Below, piece after piece: positions 55,367 through 64,000 of a DNA stretch of 64,000 nt. This stretch comes from Polyangiales bacterium (lineage in GTDB: Bacteria > Myxococcota_A > Polyangia > Polyangiales > JADJQN01). Made by a program: the position numbers and the translations under genes. The stretch covers positions 352,001-416,000 of the forward strand of contig CAXNJO010000001.1 of assembly GCA_964202905.1 (NCBI GenBank), in the 5' to 3' direction. The stretch's first letter is position 1. Each line of letters opens with the position of its first letter. The notes beneath the pieces are model-generated. The model searched no databases. It was not told where the DNA came from and was given only the letters and a program-made list of their open reading frames with translations.

Positions 55367-58177
55367 ATGCACGTCGCCCGCTCGCTCCGCGCCCGCGCGC
55401 TCGGCTTCGCCCTCCCCTTGCTGATGCTCGCCGGCTGCGGCGACGACGACGACACGCCGCCGCCGCCACCGTCTCCCGACGCCGGGCCCTCGGCTTGCGG
55501 CGCGACCACGCCGCTGCCCTCGCTGCGCTGGATCCGCACCACGCTCGGCACCGCGCCGGGCCTCACGCGGCAGAACGCGCTCGGTCTGGGGCGTGATTTC
55601 TGCGAGGACCTCGTCATCACGCTGAGCTCGTCGGACCCCGCCGTCGCGACGGTGCCCGCGTCGCTCACGATCGCCGCGGCCAAGAGCGACGTCGAGACGA
55701 CGATCACGCCCGTCGGCGAGGGCACGACGACCATCACCGCGTCGGTCACACGCAGCGGCGTCACCGAGACGGCGACCTTCACCTTCGACGTCGCGGCAGC
55801 GACGCTGCCGGCCTGCGCGGGCACGGCGAGCGGGCGCGTGACGCCCGGCGCGCGCGTGACGGTCGCGGCGGGCAGCACGCTCGCCGGCAGCGAAGTGCAC
55901 GTGCAGCCCGGCGCCTCGCGCGACGACTTCTTCCGCGTCGATCCCTTCGACGCGACGATCGCCTGCGCGCCGGACCAGGTGCCGGCCGGCTACCGGGCGC
56001 TCGGCCCCGCGGTGACCTTCGGGCCCACGGATTTCCGCTCGAACCGCGAGATCGAGGTCGCGATCCCCGTCTCGCTCGCGCTGCTCCCCGCCAACGCGAA
56101 CCGCAGCCACGTGCTCATCAGCTACTCGAGCGCGCGCGTGTCCGAGCCCACGATCGTGCCGTTCGCGCGGCCGTCGTTCGAGGGCGGCTGGGGCAAGGGC
56201 CTGCTCCGCTTCCAGACGCCGCGCCTCGGCACCTTCCAGGCCGTCGTCGCCGACACCTCCGGCAGCTCGCGCATGCGCGAGTACAAGTTCCGCGGCGTCA
56301 CGGGCTTCTCGATGGGCGCGATCGGCAGCGCGCAGCTCGGGCTGCGGCACCCGGAGCGCTTCGACTTCAGCGCGCCGCTCGGCGGGCCGACGGACTTCGT
56401 CCAGACCATCCACTACTTCCGCGAGTACAACTTCGGCGGCTTCTGCACCGAGGAAGATCGCGCGGTGCCGGGCAACACCTGCGACGAGGGCGCGTCGCTC
56501 GCGAACACGCCGCCGAACGACGAGCTCTACCAGACGGTCCAGGACTTCGAGCACTGGTACTACGAGGACGACTACGGCGGTCAGGGCGGCACGTTCGATC
56601 GGCGCGAGTGGATGCAGATCTTCCGCGACCTCTCGTTCATGTACGGCAACCCGGCGACGAACCGGACCGACGACCCGACGCAGCCGAACATCACGCCGCC
56701 CGGCGTCCCCGACACCACGCGCATGATCCCCGATGCGACGCGGTGCGAGAACCCGATCGTCATCCCGCCCGAGGCCGGCGACACCGACCCGATGACGGGC
56801 TTCTTCGACGACGAGTTCAACCCCGAGGGCCTGCACCCGGTCATCACCTTCTGTGATGGGGCAGAGATCCGCGTGGACGGCCGCCGCGACATCGGTGTGT
56901 GGGATCCAGGCGGGCGCAACGACTACCCGGCCGAGCCCTTCCTCGCCGTCGACGTGAACGACAACGGCGTGCGCGACCCCGGCGAGCCCGTGGTCCGCAA
57001 CATGTGGGAGGCCTTCCGCGACGTCGGCCTCGACAACGTCGCGAGCGCCGACGAGCCCGGCTTCGACGCGGTCACCAACCCCGACCCGAACGGCGACGAC
57101 TACGACTTCCAGTTCAACCCGCGCGGCACCGAGGGCAACTGGTACCGCGACGGCGCGTCCGACGTCGCCGGCGCACCCGGCGTCGCGGAGCCCTTCGACG
57201 ACCTCGGCCTCGACGGCGTCGCGGGCACGCCGCAGCTCCGCGCCGGCGGCTACGACTTCGGCGAGGGCAACCGCCGCTACGACCGCGCGTCCGGCACCGA
57301 GCGGATGTTCGAGCGCAACCCGAAGCTGCTCGCGCTCACGATGGCCGACGACGCCCTCGCGGACCTCGACGTCTTCGCCGACGGCGGCATCCGCGACCTG
57401 CTCAACTCGCTGCCCTCGATGAACCACTTCATCGGCGCGTTCCAGGCGCGCGGCCGCGGCGTGCGGATGTACAACTCGCACGCGTCGCTCTTCTACACCG
57501 GCCGCACCGAGGACAACCTCTTCGACTTCACGACCATCCCCTGGGATGAGGTCGGCGGCTCGGTGCTCGTGCGCTACGGCGACCCCGACGCGACGCGACA
57601 GCAGCTCGTCGACGGCGACGGCGGGCACGTCGGCACGGGCGACCAGCTGCTCAACCGCGTGCTCTCGGCGCTCTCGTGGATGAGCGCGCGCTGGCCCGAC
57701 GGCGACCGCCGCGCGATCCGCGACCGCCTCTGCTCCCCCGGCGACTCGGCCTGCCCGAACCCCAACAAGCTCGTGACGATGTTCGAGTCGCCGACGACGG
57801 GCCGCGTCGGCCCCGCCGCGATCGTGCTCCCGCCCGGCTACTTCGCGCCGGAGAACGCGTCGCTGCGTTACCCGGTCGTCTATTTCGGGCACGGCTATGG
57901 GATGTCGCCCAACGACCTCATCGAGCTCGGCCTCATCTTCTGGACGTACATGACCGCGGGCACGATCCCCGAGGCGCACCGCCTCCAGAAGATGATCTTC
58001 GTCTTCCCGGACGGCCTCTGCCGCGGCGAGGAGTGCCTGCAGGGCACCTTCTACACCGACGCGCCGCAGGGCACGCCGAGCGGCGCGCAGATGGAGACCT
58101 GGCTGCTCGACCTGATGGAGTACGTCGACGCGACGTACCGCACGCGCTCACCCGAGACGTTCACGTACACGCCCTGA
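55367..58177 (+). CDS. Large lipoprotein: Ig-like, ZU5-like and permuted alpha/beta-hydrolase (esterase) regions
   Basis: Lipobox LLMLAGC; SSSDPAVATV; GFSMG; DVNDNG acidic loops; C-terminal LPPGY...YPVVYFGHG...YVDATYRT. Confidence 0.8.
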   Translation: MHVARSLRARALGFALPLLMLAGCGDDDDTPPPPPSPDAGPSACGATTPLPSLRWIRTTLGTAPGLTRQNALGLGRDFCEDLVITLSSSDPAVATVPASLTIAAAKSDVETTITPVGEGTTTITASVTRSGVTETATFTFDVAAATLPACAGTASGRVTPGARVTVAAGSTLAGSEVHVQPGASRDDFFRVDPFDATIACAPDQVPAGYRALGPAVTFGPTDFRSNREIEVAIPVSLALLPANANRSHVLISYSSARVSEPTIVPFARPSFEGGWGKGLLRFQTPRLGTFQAVVADTSGSSRMREYKFRGVTGFSMGAIGSAQLGLRHPERFDFSAPLGGPTDFVQTIHYFREYNFGGFCTEEDRAVPGNTCDEGASLANTPPNDELYQTVQDFEHWYYEDDYGGQGGTFDRREWMQIFRDLSFMYGNPATNRTDDPTQPNITPPGVPDTTRMIPDATRCENPIVIPPEAGDTDPMTGFFDDEFNPEGLHPVITFCDGAEIRVDGRRDIGVWDPGGRNDYPAEPFLAVDVNDNGVRDPGEPVVRNMWEAFRDVGLDNVASADEPGFDAVTNPDPNGDDYDFQFNPRGTEGNWYRDGASDVAGAPGVAEPFDDLGLDGVAGTPQLRAGGYDFGEGNRRYDRASGTERMFERNPKLLALTMADDALADLDVFADGGIRDLLNSLPSMNHFIGAFQARGRGVRMYNSHASLFYTGRTEDNLFDFTTIPWDEVGGSVLVRYGDPDATRQQLVDGDGGHVGTGDQLLNRVLSALSWMSARWPDGDRRAIRDRLCSPGDSACPNPNKLVTMFESPTTGRVGPAAIVLPPGYFAPENASLRYPVVYFGHGYGMSPNDLIELGLIFWTYMTAGTIPEAHRLQKMIFVFPDGLCRGEECLQGTFYTDAPQGTPSGAQMETWLLDLMEYVDATYRTRSPETFTYTP

Positions 58178-58229
58178 TCCCCGGTCGCGCACGCCGCGCC
58201 CCGGCGCGGCCCCCCCGGACGCCCGCACG

Positions 58230-58259
58230 CGAGCCCTCCGCCCCACCGCGGAGGGCTCG
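58230..58259. terminator. GC-rich hairpin between convergent genes (probable terminator)
   Basis: cgagccctccgc-cccacc-gcggagggctcg, perfect 12-bp stem; weak T tail. Confidence 0.55.
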
Positions 58260-58298
58260 TCGGGTTTCAGGCCACCGATCACGCGCAGCAGCGGGGGG

Positions 58299-58380
58299 CG
58301 CGGCGACACCGCAAGGGACTTGCGGTCTGCGGGGAGAGCACCGCGCGCCGCGGCGACACCGCAAGAGACTTGCGGTGTGC
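58299..58380. repeat. Two 32-bp palindromic direct repeats (REP-like), 50-bp period
   Basis: cgcggcgacaccgcaagRgacttgcggtStgc at 58299-58330 and 58349-58380; internal stem accgcaag/cttgcggt. Confidence 0.85.
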
Positions 58381-58387
58381 AGCACGC

Positions 58388-60538
58388 TCAGCGCGGCGCG
58401 GGCGGCGCGGCGGGAACGAGCAGGAGCACCGCGTCAGGGGTGAGGAGGAAGACGCGATCGCGGCCGTCGAGGTCGACGTCGCGCAGGTCGTTCGTGGGCA
58501 GGCCGTTCTCCTCGGTGAAGCGCTGCCAGGTCGTGCCATCCGAGTGGACGACGCCGCGCGGGCCGGCGGCCCAGAGGTGACCGGCGCTGTCGACGGCGAT
58601 GGCGGTCGGGCGCGCGGCCTGCACCGTCGCGGGGAGCGTGAAGTCGAAGGCGCCGTCCGCGTAGACACCGAGCCCCTCGGCCGCGGCGACCCACACGCGC
58701 TCGCCCGGCGCGGTCGCGAGGTCGCTCACGACCTCACCGCGCACGCCGCGCGCCTCGCCGAAGACGACGGCCTGCGAGTTGCCCACGCGCGCCGCGCCCG
58801 AGAGCGTCGGGAACCACGCACCCGCGCTCGTGAAGTCGACGGCGGTGACCTCGTCGGGGAGCGGCGTCGCGCCGTTGCCGTCGGCCGCGGTCGCGCCGCG
58901 GTGGTGGTAGACGATCGTCTCCGTGTCGCGCGCGAGCATGACGGCGCCGCGCATGCGCGTGCCGGTGCCCGGGCCCTCTTCGCGCTCGATCTCGACGCCG
59001 AGCCAGAACGCGCCGTCGGGCGCGACGCCCAGGAAGGGGAGCGCCGTGATGCGCTGCGTGACGGCGCTCAGCGCGCGCTCGATCAGCTGCCGCCAGGTGT
59101 CGCCTTCGGCGCGGTAGATGCGGACCGTCGCCGTCGTGCCGACGCGCGCGCAGAGGTAGGCGCCGCCCTCGCCCGTCGCGATCGCCTGCGGCACGATGCC
59201 CTCGGGGAGCGCGACGCGGCGGAGCGCGCCGTCGTCGTCGAGGCGCAGGAGATCGCCGCGACGCGAGAGCACCCAGGTGCGCTGCAGGTTGTCGGTCGCG
59301 ACCTGGAAATCGCTGGGCGCGACGAGGTCGAGCGTGCGGAAGAAGCGCGGCGCGCCGTCCGCGCCGAGCAGCACGAGGCCGCGGTTGCGGTCCGCGACCA
59401 GCAGCGCGCCGTCCGTCGCGCGCCCGGCGTACGCGCCCTCGGGGATCGCGAGCCCGGTGGCGGGCGCGACCGCGAGCGGCGGCGCGTCGACGGTCGCGCG
59501 ACCCGCTTCGGGCTCCTCGAAGCGCGAGGGCGCGCGCGCGGCCTCGCCAGGCCCCGTCGGAGCGACGACGCGCGCCGCGGGCGTGAGGCGCGCGCGGTAG
59601 GTGCGCACGCCGTGGTGCTCGGTGTCGGCGCGCACCGCGAGGAGCGGCACGCCGTCGCCGCGGTCCCGGCCCGGCGTGATCGTGTACGCGCGCGTCCCGG
59701 TGAGCAGCAGCGCGCCGCCCGCGTGCGGGAGCAGGCCGAGGATCACGGGCGGGAAGTCCGCGAGCGTGTAGCCGTACCAGTGCGTGCCGTCCCAGTAGCC
59801 GAGCAGCGAACGGCCCGGTCCACGGAGCAGCGCGAGCACACGGCCTTCCGCGAGGGGCGCGAGGGCGGCGACGTACGGTTCGGGGATGCCGCGCGTCTGG
59901 GCGTGCTCGCGCACGACGTCCGCGCCCTCGATCCGCAACACGCCCTGCGTCGTGCCGACCCAGAGCGCGTCGCCGTCGGGCGCGAGCGTGGTGCACTGCA
60001 CGGGCTCGCCGAAGCCCTCCCAGACGCCGTCCTTCAAGCGCGCGAGGCCACCGCGGCCGCACGCGATGACGGTGCCGTCCGCGCGCGCGGCGAGGTCGAC
60101 GACGTCGCCCACGGGCGCGGGCGGGAGCGCGGGGTTCAGCGCGTCGCCGTCGATGGCCGCGAGGCCGGACGCGGTGGCGACGATCACGGACTCGCCGCTC
60201 CGCACGGCGATCGCCCGCACGTCGTCGCTCGGCAGGCCCTCGGCGCGCGTGATCCGGCGCGGCGCCGCGTCGCCCTCACGCGCGAACGTGAGCACGCCGC
60301 GGTCGGTGGCGGCCCACACGTGCGCGGGCGTCAGCGCGACCCCGCGCACGGTGTCCGCGTCGGTGAGCGTCACGACACGCCGCTCCGCGCCGCCGATCGT
60401 CAGCGTGCGGAACGTGCCGCCCGTCTGCAGCGCTGCGGGCCCGCAGGCGCCGGCGAGGAGGGCCGCGAGGACGAGCGAAAGCGCCGCCGCAGGCAGGCGG
60501 GACGCGGACGTGGGCGGGGGCGTAGCGCGTGTCGTCAT
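58388..60538 (-). CDS. Lipoprotein with two-component-regulator-type beta-propeller repeats
   Basis: Lipobox LLAGAC; repeats GLPSDDVRAI, LWVGTTQGV, GLPTNDLRDV, GHLWAAG. Confidence 0.8.
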   Translation of the reverse strand: MTTRATPPPTSASRLPAAALSLVLAALLAGACGPAALQTGGTFRTLTIGGAERRVVTLTDADTVRGVALTPAHVWAATDRGVLTFAREGDAAPRRITRAEGLPSDDVRAIAVRSGESVIVATASGLAAIDGDALNPALPPAPVGDVVDLAARADGTVIACGRGGLARLKDGVWEGFGEPVQCTTLAPDGDALWVGTTQGVLRIEGADVVREHAQTRGIPEPYVAALAPLAEGRVLALLRGPGRSLLGYWDGTHWYGYTLADFPPVILGLLPHAGGALLLTGTRAYTITPGRDRGDGVPLLAVRADTEHHGVRTYRARLTPAARVVAPTGPGEAARAPSRFEEPEAGRATVDAPPLAVAPATGLAIPEGAYAGRATDGALLVADRNRGLVLLGADGAPRFFRTLDLVAPSDFQVATDNLQRTWVLSRRGDLLRLDDDGALRRVALPEGIVPQAIATGEGGAYLCARVGTTATVRIYRAEGDTWRQLIERALSAVTQRITALPFLGVAPDGAFWLGVEIEREEGPGTGTRMRGAVMLARDTETIVYHHRGATAADGNGATPLPDEVTAVDFTSAGAWFPTLSGAARVGNSQAVVFGEARGVRGEVVSDLATAPGERVWVAAAEGLGVYADGAFDFTLPATVQAARPTAIAVDSAGHLWAAGPRGVVHSDGTTWQRFTEENGLPTNDLRDVDLDGRDRVFLLTPDAVLLLVPAAPPAPR

Positions 60539-60617
60539 GGGGGTGCCGCCGTGGTAGCGGGACGCCACGGAGGTGTCAACGGAGGCGCGGGAACGCGGCC
60601 GTGGCGCCCCCGCGCGG

Positions 60618-62127
60618 TCAGTCCGCGGTCGCCGCTGCGGCCGCCGCGCGCGCCCGCGCCACGAGCACGCGGGGCAGCGGCCGCAGGCGCTCGGGCGGCG
60701 ACGTCACGCGCCCGCGCACCGTGCCCTCGAGCACGCGCACCGCGACGGGCGGCGTGAGCTCCGTGCGCGCCCCGCGCGACGCGATCCGCAGCACGAAGGC
60801 GTGTCCCCGGGTGCGGAAGCGGCGCTCGTAGCGCACGAACTCCGGCCCGCGCCGCGCGTGGTCGCGGTGCGCGAGCAGGAAGCCCCCGAGCCGCACCGCG
60901 AGGTGGTTGAAGAGGCGGTGACAGCCGTGGCTCGAGCCGCGGAGGATCGATGGATAGCTCGCCGAGCCGTGCGTGCGGATCCCGCGGTCGACGTAGCGCG
61001 ACGCCCCGCCGGCGGGGCGGGCCGGGACCTCGACGTGGTGGATGAGCATCACGAGCCCGTAGGCGCTCGCGAAGCCGGGACCGAACGAATCACGATTGAT
61101 TCTCCAGCCGCGCAGCGCGTCCCGGCGCACCAGGTCCGCGTCCGGCGTCGAGGGCGGCGGCAGCCACGCGGGCGAGGCCACGAGGTCTCGCCACACGCGC
61201 GGCCCGACCTCGCTGTTCTTGTAGAGCAGCCCGACGTGGCCAGCTCGGCCGGAGCTCGGGCTCCCAGCCCCCGATGGTCGTCGGCCAGCGCACGAGCGCG
61301 ACCTCGCGGGCGCCGTCGCGCGCGTAGATCACGAGCCGCGCGCGCCGGTTCACCGACTGCGGGAGGCGACGCCCCGTGCCGTCGTAGGGGAAGTCGTACC
61401 AGACGTCGCCGCGGTCGATCTCGGCGCGGAGCGCCATGTTTCTCGAATGATACGATGGCGGCCGCGGCAGACGGACCGCCACGACGAGCCCGCTGGCGGT
61501 GTCCGCGCGGGCGTCGAAGAAGGAGCGCACCGACGCGACGTCGCGCCAGCCGAGCGCCTCGGCCGCACGCTCGGTCGCGGGGCTGATGGCGTCCGGGGCG
61601 GCCTCGGGCAGCGCTGGCTCCGACGCGAACGCATGAAAATCGGGGGCATCGAGCCCGCGCCCGAGCACCGTGCCCCACGCGGCGGCCGCAGAGCCGTCCT
61701 CGACGACGGTGAGCCCGCGCGTCTCCGCCTCGGTGCCCGTCATACGGCCGCGGTCGCGGCCCGCCTCGAAGTGCACCACCTCGGGGGGCAGCGCCACCTC
61801 GCGCTGCCGGGAGCCGTCCCGGGCGACGAGGCGTGGCGGCGCCGCGGGCCCGCCGTCGTCGGATGGCCCGGATGGCGGGTCGCGGCTCGGCCCGCCCGCC
61901 TCGGAGCCCGCTGCATCGGGTGGGACGAAGCGCGGATCGAGGGCGTCACGGGCGCGCGCGTCGGGCTGCAGGCTGCGCGGCGCCGTGTCGCGCGGCGACA
62001 GGTCGCGGGTCTGCGGGCTGCGAGTCTGTGGGCTGCGCGCATCGCCGGGCCCGCGCGCGCAGGTGGCCGCGAGGGCGCCGCAGAGCGCGAGGCACAGCGA
62101 CGCGGCCGGGCGTCGCACGGCGTCCAT
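60618..62127 (-). CDS. L,D-transpeptidase (YkuD) family protein, apparent frameshift near 61242
   Basis: GIRTHGS...SHGCHRL catalytic motif; RWPTTIGGW; deleting one base gives continuous GWEPELRPSGHVGLLYKNSEVGPRVWRD. Confidence 0.75.
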
Positions 62128-62262
62128 GCGCGCGAGGCGCCGGGCGGAGAGGCCCATCGTCGACCGCCGCGTGGCGTCCGGTCGCGACGTGCCGCGCATG
62201 GCGGAGAAGTCGGCGCGCCACGCGCGTGGCGCAACCTCCGCGCAGCGGTCAGCGCGCGGCGG

Positions 62263-63204
62263 TCAGCGGGCGGCGCGCGTCTCGACCCACGCGATCACGC
62301 GCGCGGCGTGGTCGACACCGTCGAGCCGCGACATCTGCTGGATGCCCGTCGGGCTCGTCACGTTGACCTCGGTGAGCTTGCCGCCGATCACGTCGAGCCC
62401 CACGAAGTACAGGCCATCCGCGCGCAGACGCGCCGCGACGCCGGCGACGATCACGCGGTCGGCGTCGTCGAGCGCGGCGGCCTCGACGGTGCCGCCGACG
62501 TGGATGTTCGAGCGCAGGTCGTCCTTGCGCGGCACGCGCAGGATGGCGCCGAGCGGCTCGCCGTCGAGCAGCAGGATGCGCTTGTCGCCGCGGACCACGT
62601 CGGGCAGGTAGCGCTGCACCATCGCGACGCGTCGGCCGTTGTGCGTGGTCGCCTCGACGATCGCGTGGAAGTTCATGTCGCCGAGCGTGAGGCCCATGAC
62701 GCCCGCGCCGCCCGCGCCCGAGAGCGGCTTGATGACGGCGCGCCCGCCCACCTCGCCGACGAACGCCTGGATCCGCGCGGCGTCGTTGGTGACGAGCGTG
62801 TCCGTCATCAGCGCGGGGAAGTGGCAGGCGTAGAGCTTCTCGTTCGCGTCGCGCAGGCCGCGCGGGTCGTTCACGACGAGCGTGCGGCCGCGCAGCGTCT
62901 CGAGGATCTGCGTGCCCCAGAGGTACGCCTCGTCGAAGGGCGGATCCGTCCGCACGAGCACCGCGTCGACGTCGCCGAGGCAGACGTCTTCGAACTCACC
63001 GAGCGTGATCGGCCGCTGCGGGTCGCGCGCCATCGTCGCGCGCCGCAACTTCGCGTAGGCGACGCCCGCGCGGAGGTAGAGGTCGGTCATCAGGCAGTGA
63101 TCGACGCGATGACCGCGCGCCTGCGCCGACTCCATGAGCGCGAACGAGGTGTCCGCGTCGACTTGAACGGTGTGCGGCGGGTCCATCACGCAGACGAGAT
63201 GCAT
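62263..63204 (-). CDS. gshB: Glutathione synthetase
   Basis: MDP, DTSFALM, RTDPPFD, ANEK, GDKRI, RSNIHVGG, EVNVTSPTG. Confidence 0.96.
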   Translation of the reverse strand: MHLVCVMDPPHTVQVDADTSFALMESAQARGHRVDHCLMTDLYLRAGVAYAKLRRATMARDPQRPITLGEFEDVCLGDVDAVLVRTDPPFDEAYLWGTQILETLRGRTLVVNDPRGLRDANEKLYACHFPALMTDTLVTNDAARIQAFVGEVGGRAVIKPLSGAGGAGVMGLTLGDMNFHAIVEATTHNGRRVAMVQRYLPDVVRGDKRILLLDGEPLGAILRVPRKDDLRSNIHVGGTVEAAALDDADRVIVAGVAARLRADGLYFVGLDVIGGKLTEVNVTSPTGIQQMSRLDGVDHAARVIAWVETRAAR

Positions 63205-63272
63205 GGCGGGCCTCTATAGCGCCGCACGCCGCGCGCGAACAGGCGCGGCATCCGGCCCGGGACGAAGCACGT

Positions 63273-64000
63273 TCAGGGGACGGCGGTGCCGAGGAAGTGG
63301 GCGCGCGCGCGCGCGTACGCGTCCGTACCGACGTCGTGGCCGAGGCGGCGGCCGACGAAGTCGTCGGGCGAGATGTGGATGCCGCCCCAGATGCGCGACT
63401 GGCCCGCCTGGTCGGCGGCGTCCTGGTAGCTCGCCCACTGCAGGCGCACATCGGTCGTCGGGCCGCGCTCGAAGACGAGGTAGCGCGTCGCGGGCGCGAC
63501 GAACTCGTGGAAACCACCGGGGAAATAGGGGCTCCCGGTGAGCTGCGACATCACCTCGGCCGCCGCGCTGCTGAAGGTGCTGTGGCCCGAGATGAAGCCC
63601 GGGAACGCGGGCGAGACGAAGGTGCGGCGCTGGTAGGGCTGCCACTCGATGCCGCGCATCCAGCCGACGCCGCCCGTCTCCGTCGCGCGGTCCCCCGGTT
63701 CGCCGCGCCACGCGCGCACCGCGACCTCGCCGACGTGCAGCGCGAGGTGCGCGTGGCGCTCGCCGGGCGCGGAGCTCGCCTCGGTGACGACCTCGACGAG
63801 CCCCGGCTCGAGCGGCAGGCCCATGGCGTCGTACCCGGGGCCGCTCGGATCGCTCGACTGGCCGAGCTTCGCCATGTGCCGGATGAGCGTGATGGGGCGC
63901 GCGCAGGTGTATTCGCGCTTGATCTCCCAGGCGGTGATCGCGGCGTCGTGAGTCGCGGCGTTGAGCGCGAAGTAGACCTTCACATCCCACTCGAGCGGCG
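63273..64000 (-). CDS. Vanadium-dependent haloperoxidase/PAP2 family protein (5' end outside window)
   Basis: WEIKREY...RP, PAFPGFISGHSTFS, SRIWGGIH. Confidence 0.85.
   Translation of the reverse strand, partial: PLEWDVKVYFALNAATHDAAITAWEIKREYTCARPITLIRHMAKLGQSSDPSGPGYDAMGLPLEPGLVEVVTEASSAPGERHAHLALHVGEVAVRAWRGEPGDRATETGGVGWMRGIEWQPYQRRTFVSPAFPGFISGHSTFSSAAAEVMSQLTGSPYFPGGFHEFVAPATRYLVFERGPTTDVRLQWASYQDAADQAGQSRIWGGIHISPDDFVGRRLGHDVGTDAYARARAHFLGTAVP

Noticed and set aside
58299..58380. Possible mini CRISPR array
   Set aside because: Only two repeats, an 18-bp spacer, and no cas genes or leader

Overview
Very GC-rich bacterial chromosomal DNA, most likely Myxococcota (Polyangiales/Sandaracinaceae-like), judged from MYXO-CTERM sorting signals, myxobacterial Cys-rich repeats and a DmxA-like diguanylate cyclase near ftsB. 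About 45 genes are supported. Housekeeping genes include trpS, prs, ftsB, hrcA-grpE-dnaK, murB, serS, purU, mutY, a lipA-E1a-E1b-E2 2-oxoacid dehydrogenase operon and gshB. A mevalonate/isoprenoid cluster (fni, prenyl synthase, MVK, MVD, PMK, class II HMGR; no HMG-CoA synthase) is flanked by a sterol-desaturase-family gene and an NfeD-like plus two-flotillin operon. No rRNA, tRNA, CRISPR array, integrase or transposase was recognised. At least seven apparent frameshifts in four genes suggest indel errors in the assembly, and three genes look collapsed by internal deletions. Most notable: (1) at 2849-9616, an apparent ~2250-aa surface polyprotein in which a vWA/Cys-repeat MYXO-CTERM protein runs without stop or start codon into an internal lipoprotein signal and a second Cys-repeat/FGE-fold lipoprotein; (2) a 936-aa lipoprotein whose esterase motifs are in circularly permuted order; (3) isoprenoid supply genes directly adjacent to flotillins; (4) a Cys-rich lipoprotein gene with its own terminator between ftsB and dmxA. 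All family assignments are from motif recognition by eye, not database searches.
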